Below are positions 34,125 through 34,332 of a stretch of DNA of 34,332 nucleotides, in pieces (within the stretch, counting starts at the first letter, position 1; every line of letters starts with the position of its first letter). The DNA is taken from positions 1-34,332 of the forward strand of contig JALSIP010000009.1 in the NCBI GenBank assembly GCA_026989875.1, read 5' to 3'. The DNA is from an archaeon. GTDB taxonomy: Archaea; Hydrothermarchaeota; Hydrothermarchaeia; Hydrothermarchaeales; BMS3B. The notes below the pieces were generated by a model. It did not search any database. It saw only the letters and a program-made list of their open reading frames with translations, and was not told the origin of the DNA. The translations under genes and the position numbers were made by a program.

Positions 34125-34332
34125 TCAGAGTCCACCGTAGCTCAGACCGTAGCCGCCGCCGTAGCCACCGCCGTAGCCGCCACCGTAGCCACCGCCGTAG
34201 CCGCCACCGTAGCCACCGCCGTAACCGCCGCCGTAGCCAGCGCCCGCGCCGCCTACCGCGCCGCCAAGGGTAACCTGCTCACCCTTGGAGAAGCTGTATC
34301 CGACGATGAAGCTCAGCGCCATCGCCACAACA
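34125..34332 (-). CDS. C-terminal part of a membrane protein with a Gly/Tyr-rich tail (5' end outside the window)
   Basis: Frame open to the window edge. Hydrophobic stretch, then (YGGG)7-YG-LSYGGL. Confidence 0.75.
   Translation of the reverse strand, partial: VVAMALSFIVGYSFSKGEQVTLGGAVGGAGAGYGGGYGGGYGGGYGGGYGGGYGGGYGGGYGLSYGGL
34146..34238 (-). repeat. 12-bp tandem repeat encoding YGGG (about 8 units)
   Basis: GTAGCC(A/G)CC(A/G)CC units on the plus strand with synonymous variation. Confidence 0.9.

Noticed and set aside
34146-34238. CRISPR array
   Set aside because: 12-bp tandem coding units with no spacers.

Overview
Archaeal (euryarchaeote-like, probably thermophilic; lineage inferred from gene content, BRE/TATA promoters and GGAGGTG RBS) chromosomal window. 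1-2300 is an AT-rich accessory patch: a hicBA pair, decayed HEPN/MNT and transposase remnants, and a TIR/NDT-like orphan. 2350-9800 is a respiratory cluster: Cys-rich Bat-type HTH regulator, heme O synthase, and a CuA-type heme-copper oxidase whose subunit I has HPSQQ instead of HPxVY (eNOR-type NO reductase). It also holds two membrane micro-ORFs missing from the ORF track, a second subunit-I paralogue lacking the CuB His pair, and a cytochrome b-ferredoxin-MvhD fusion plus a membrane ferredoxin. 10100-15600 encodes a cytoplasmic Mo/W-bisPGD enzyme of unknown substrate with two Fe-S beta subunits (sharing a 112-bp identical block), a small CC-motif protein and a TorD-type chaperone, coupled to nurA-herA. 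The rest is mostly housekeeping (IMPase/FBPase, LarE, DRG GTPase, ferredoxin, GATase, KhtT/CPA2, pyrBI, NOP2 methylase, MFS, ADP-sugar kinase, ArsR-V4R, DUF1858, USP). Oddities there are an apparently inactive MptA paralogue, an APC permease fused to a nucleotidyltransferase domain, a candidate sRNA and a (YGGG)n tail. No rRNA, tRNA or CRISPR array was seen. All family calls come from motif recognition by eye, not database searches.
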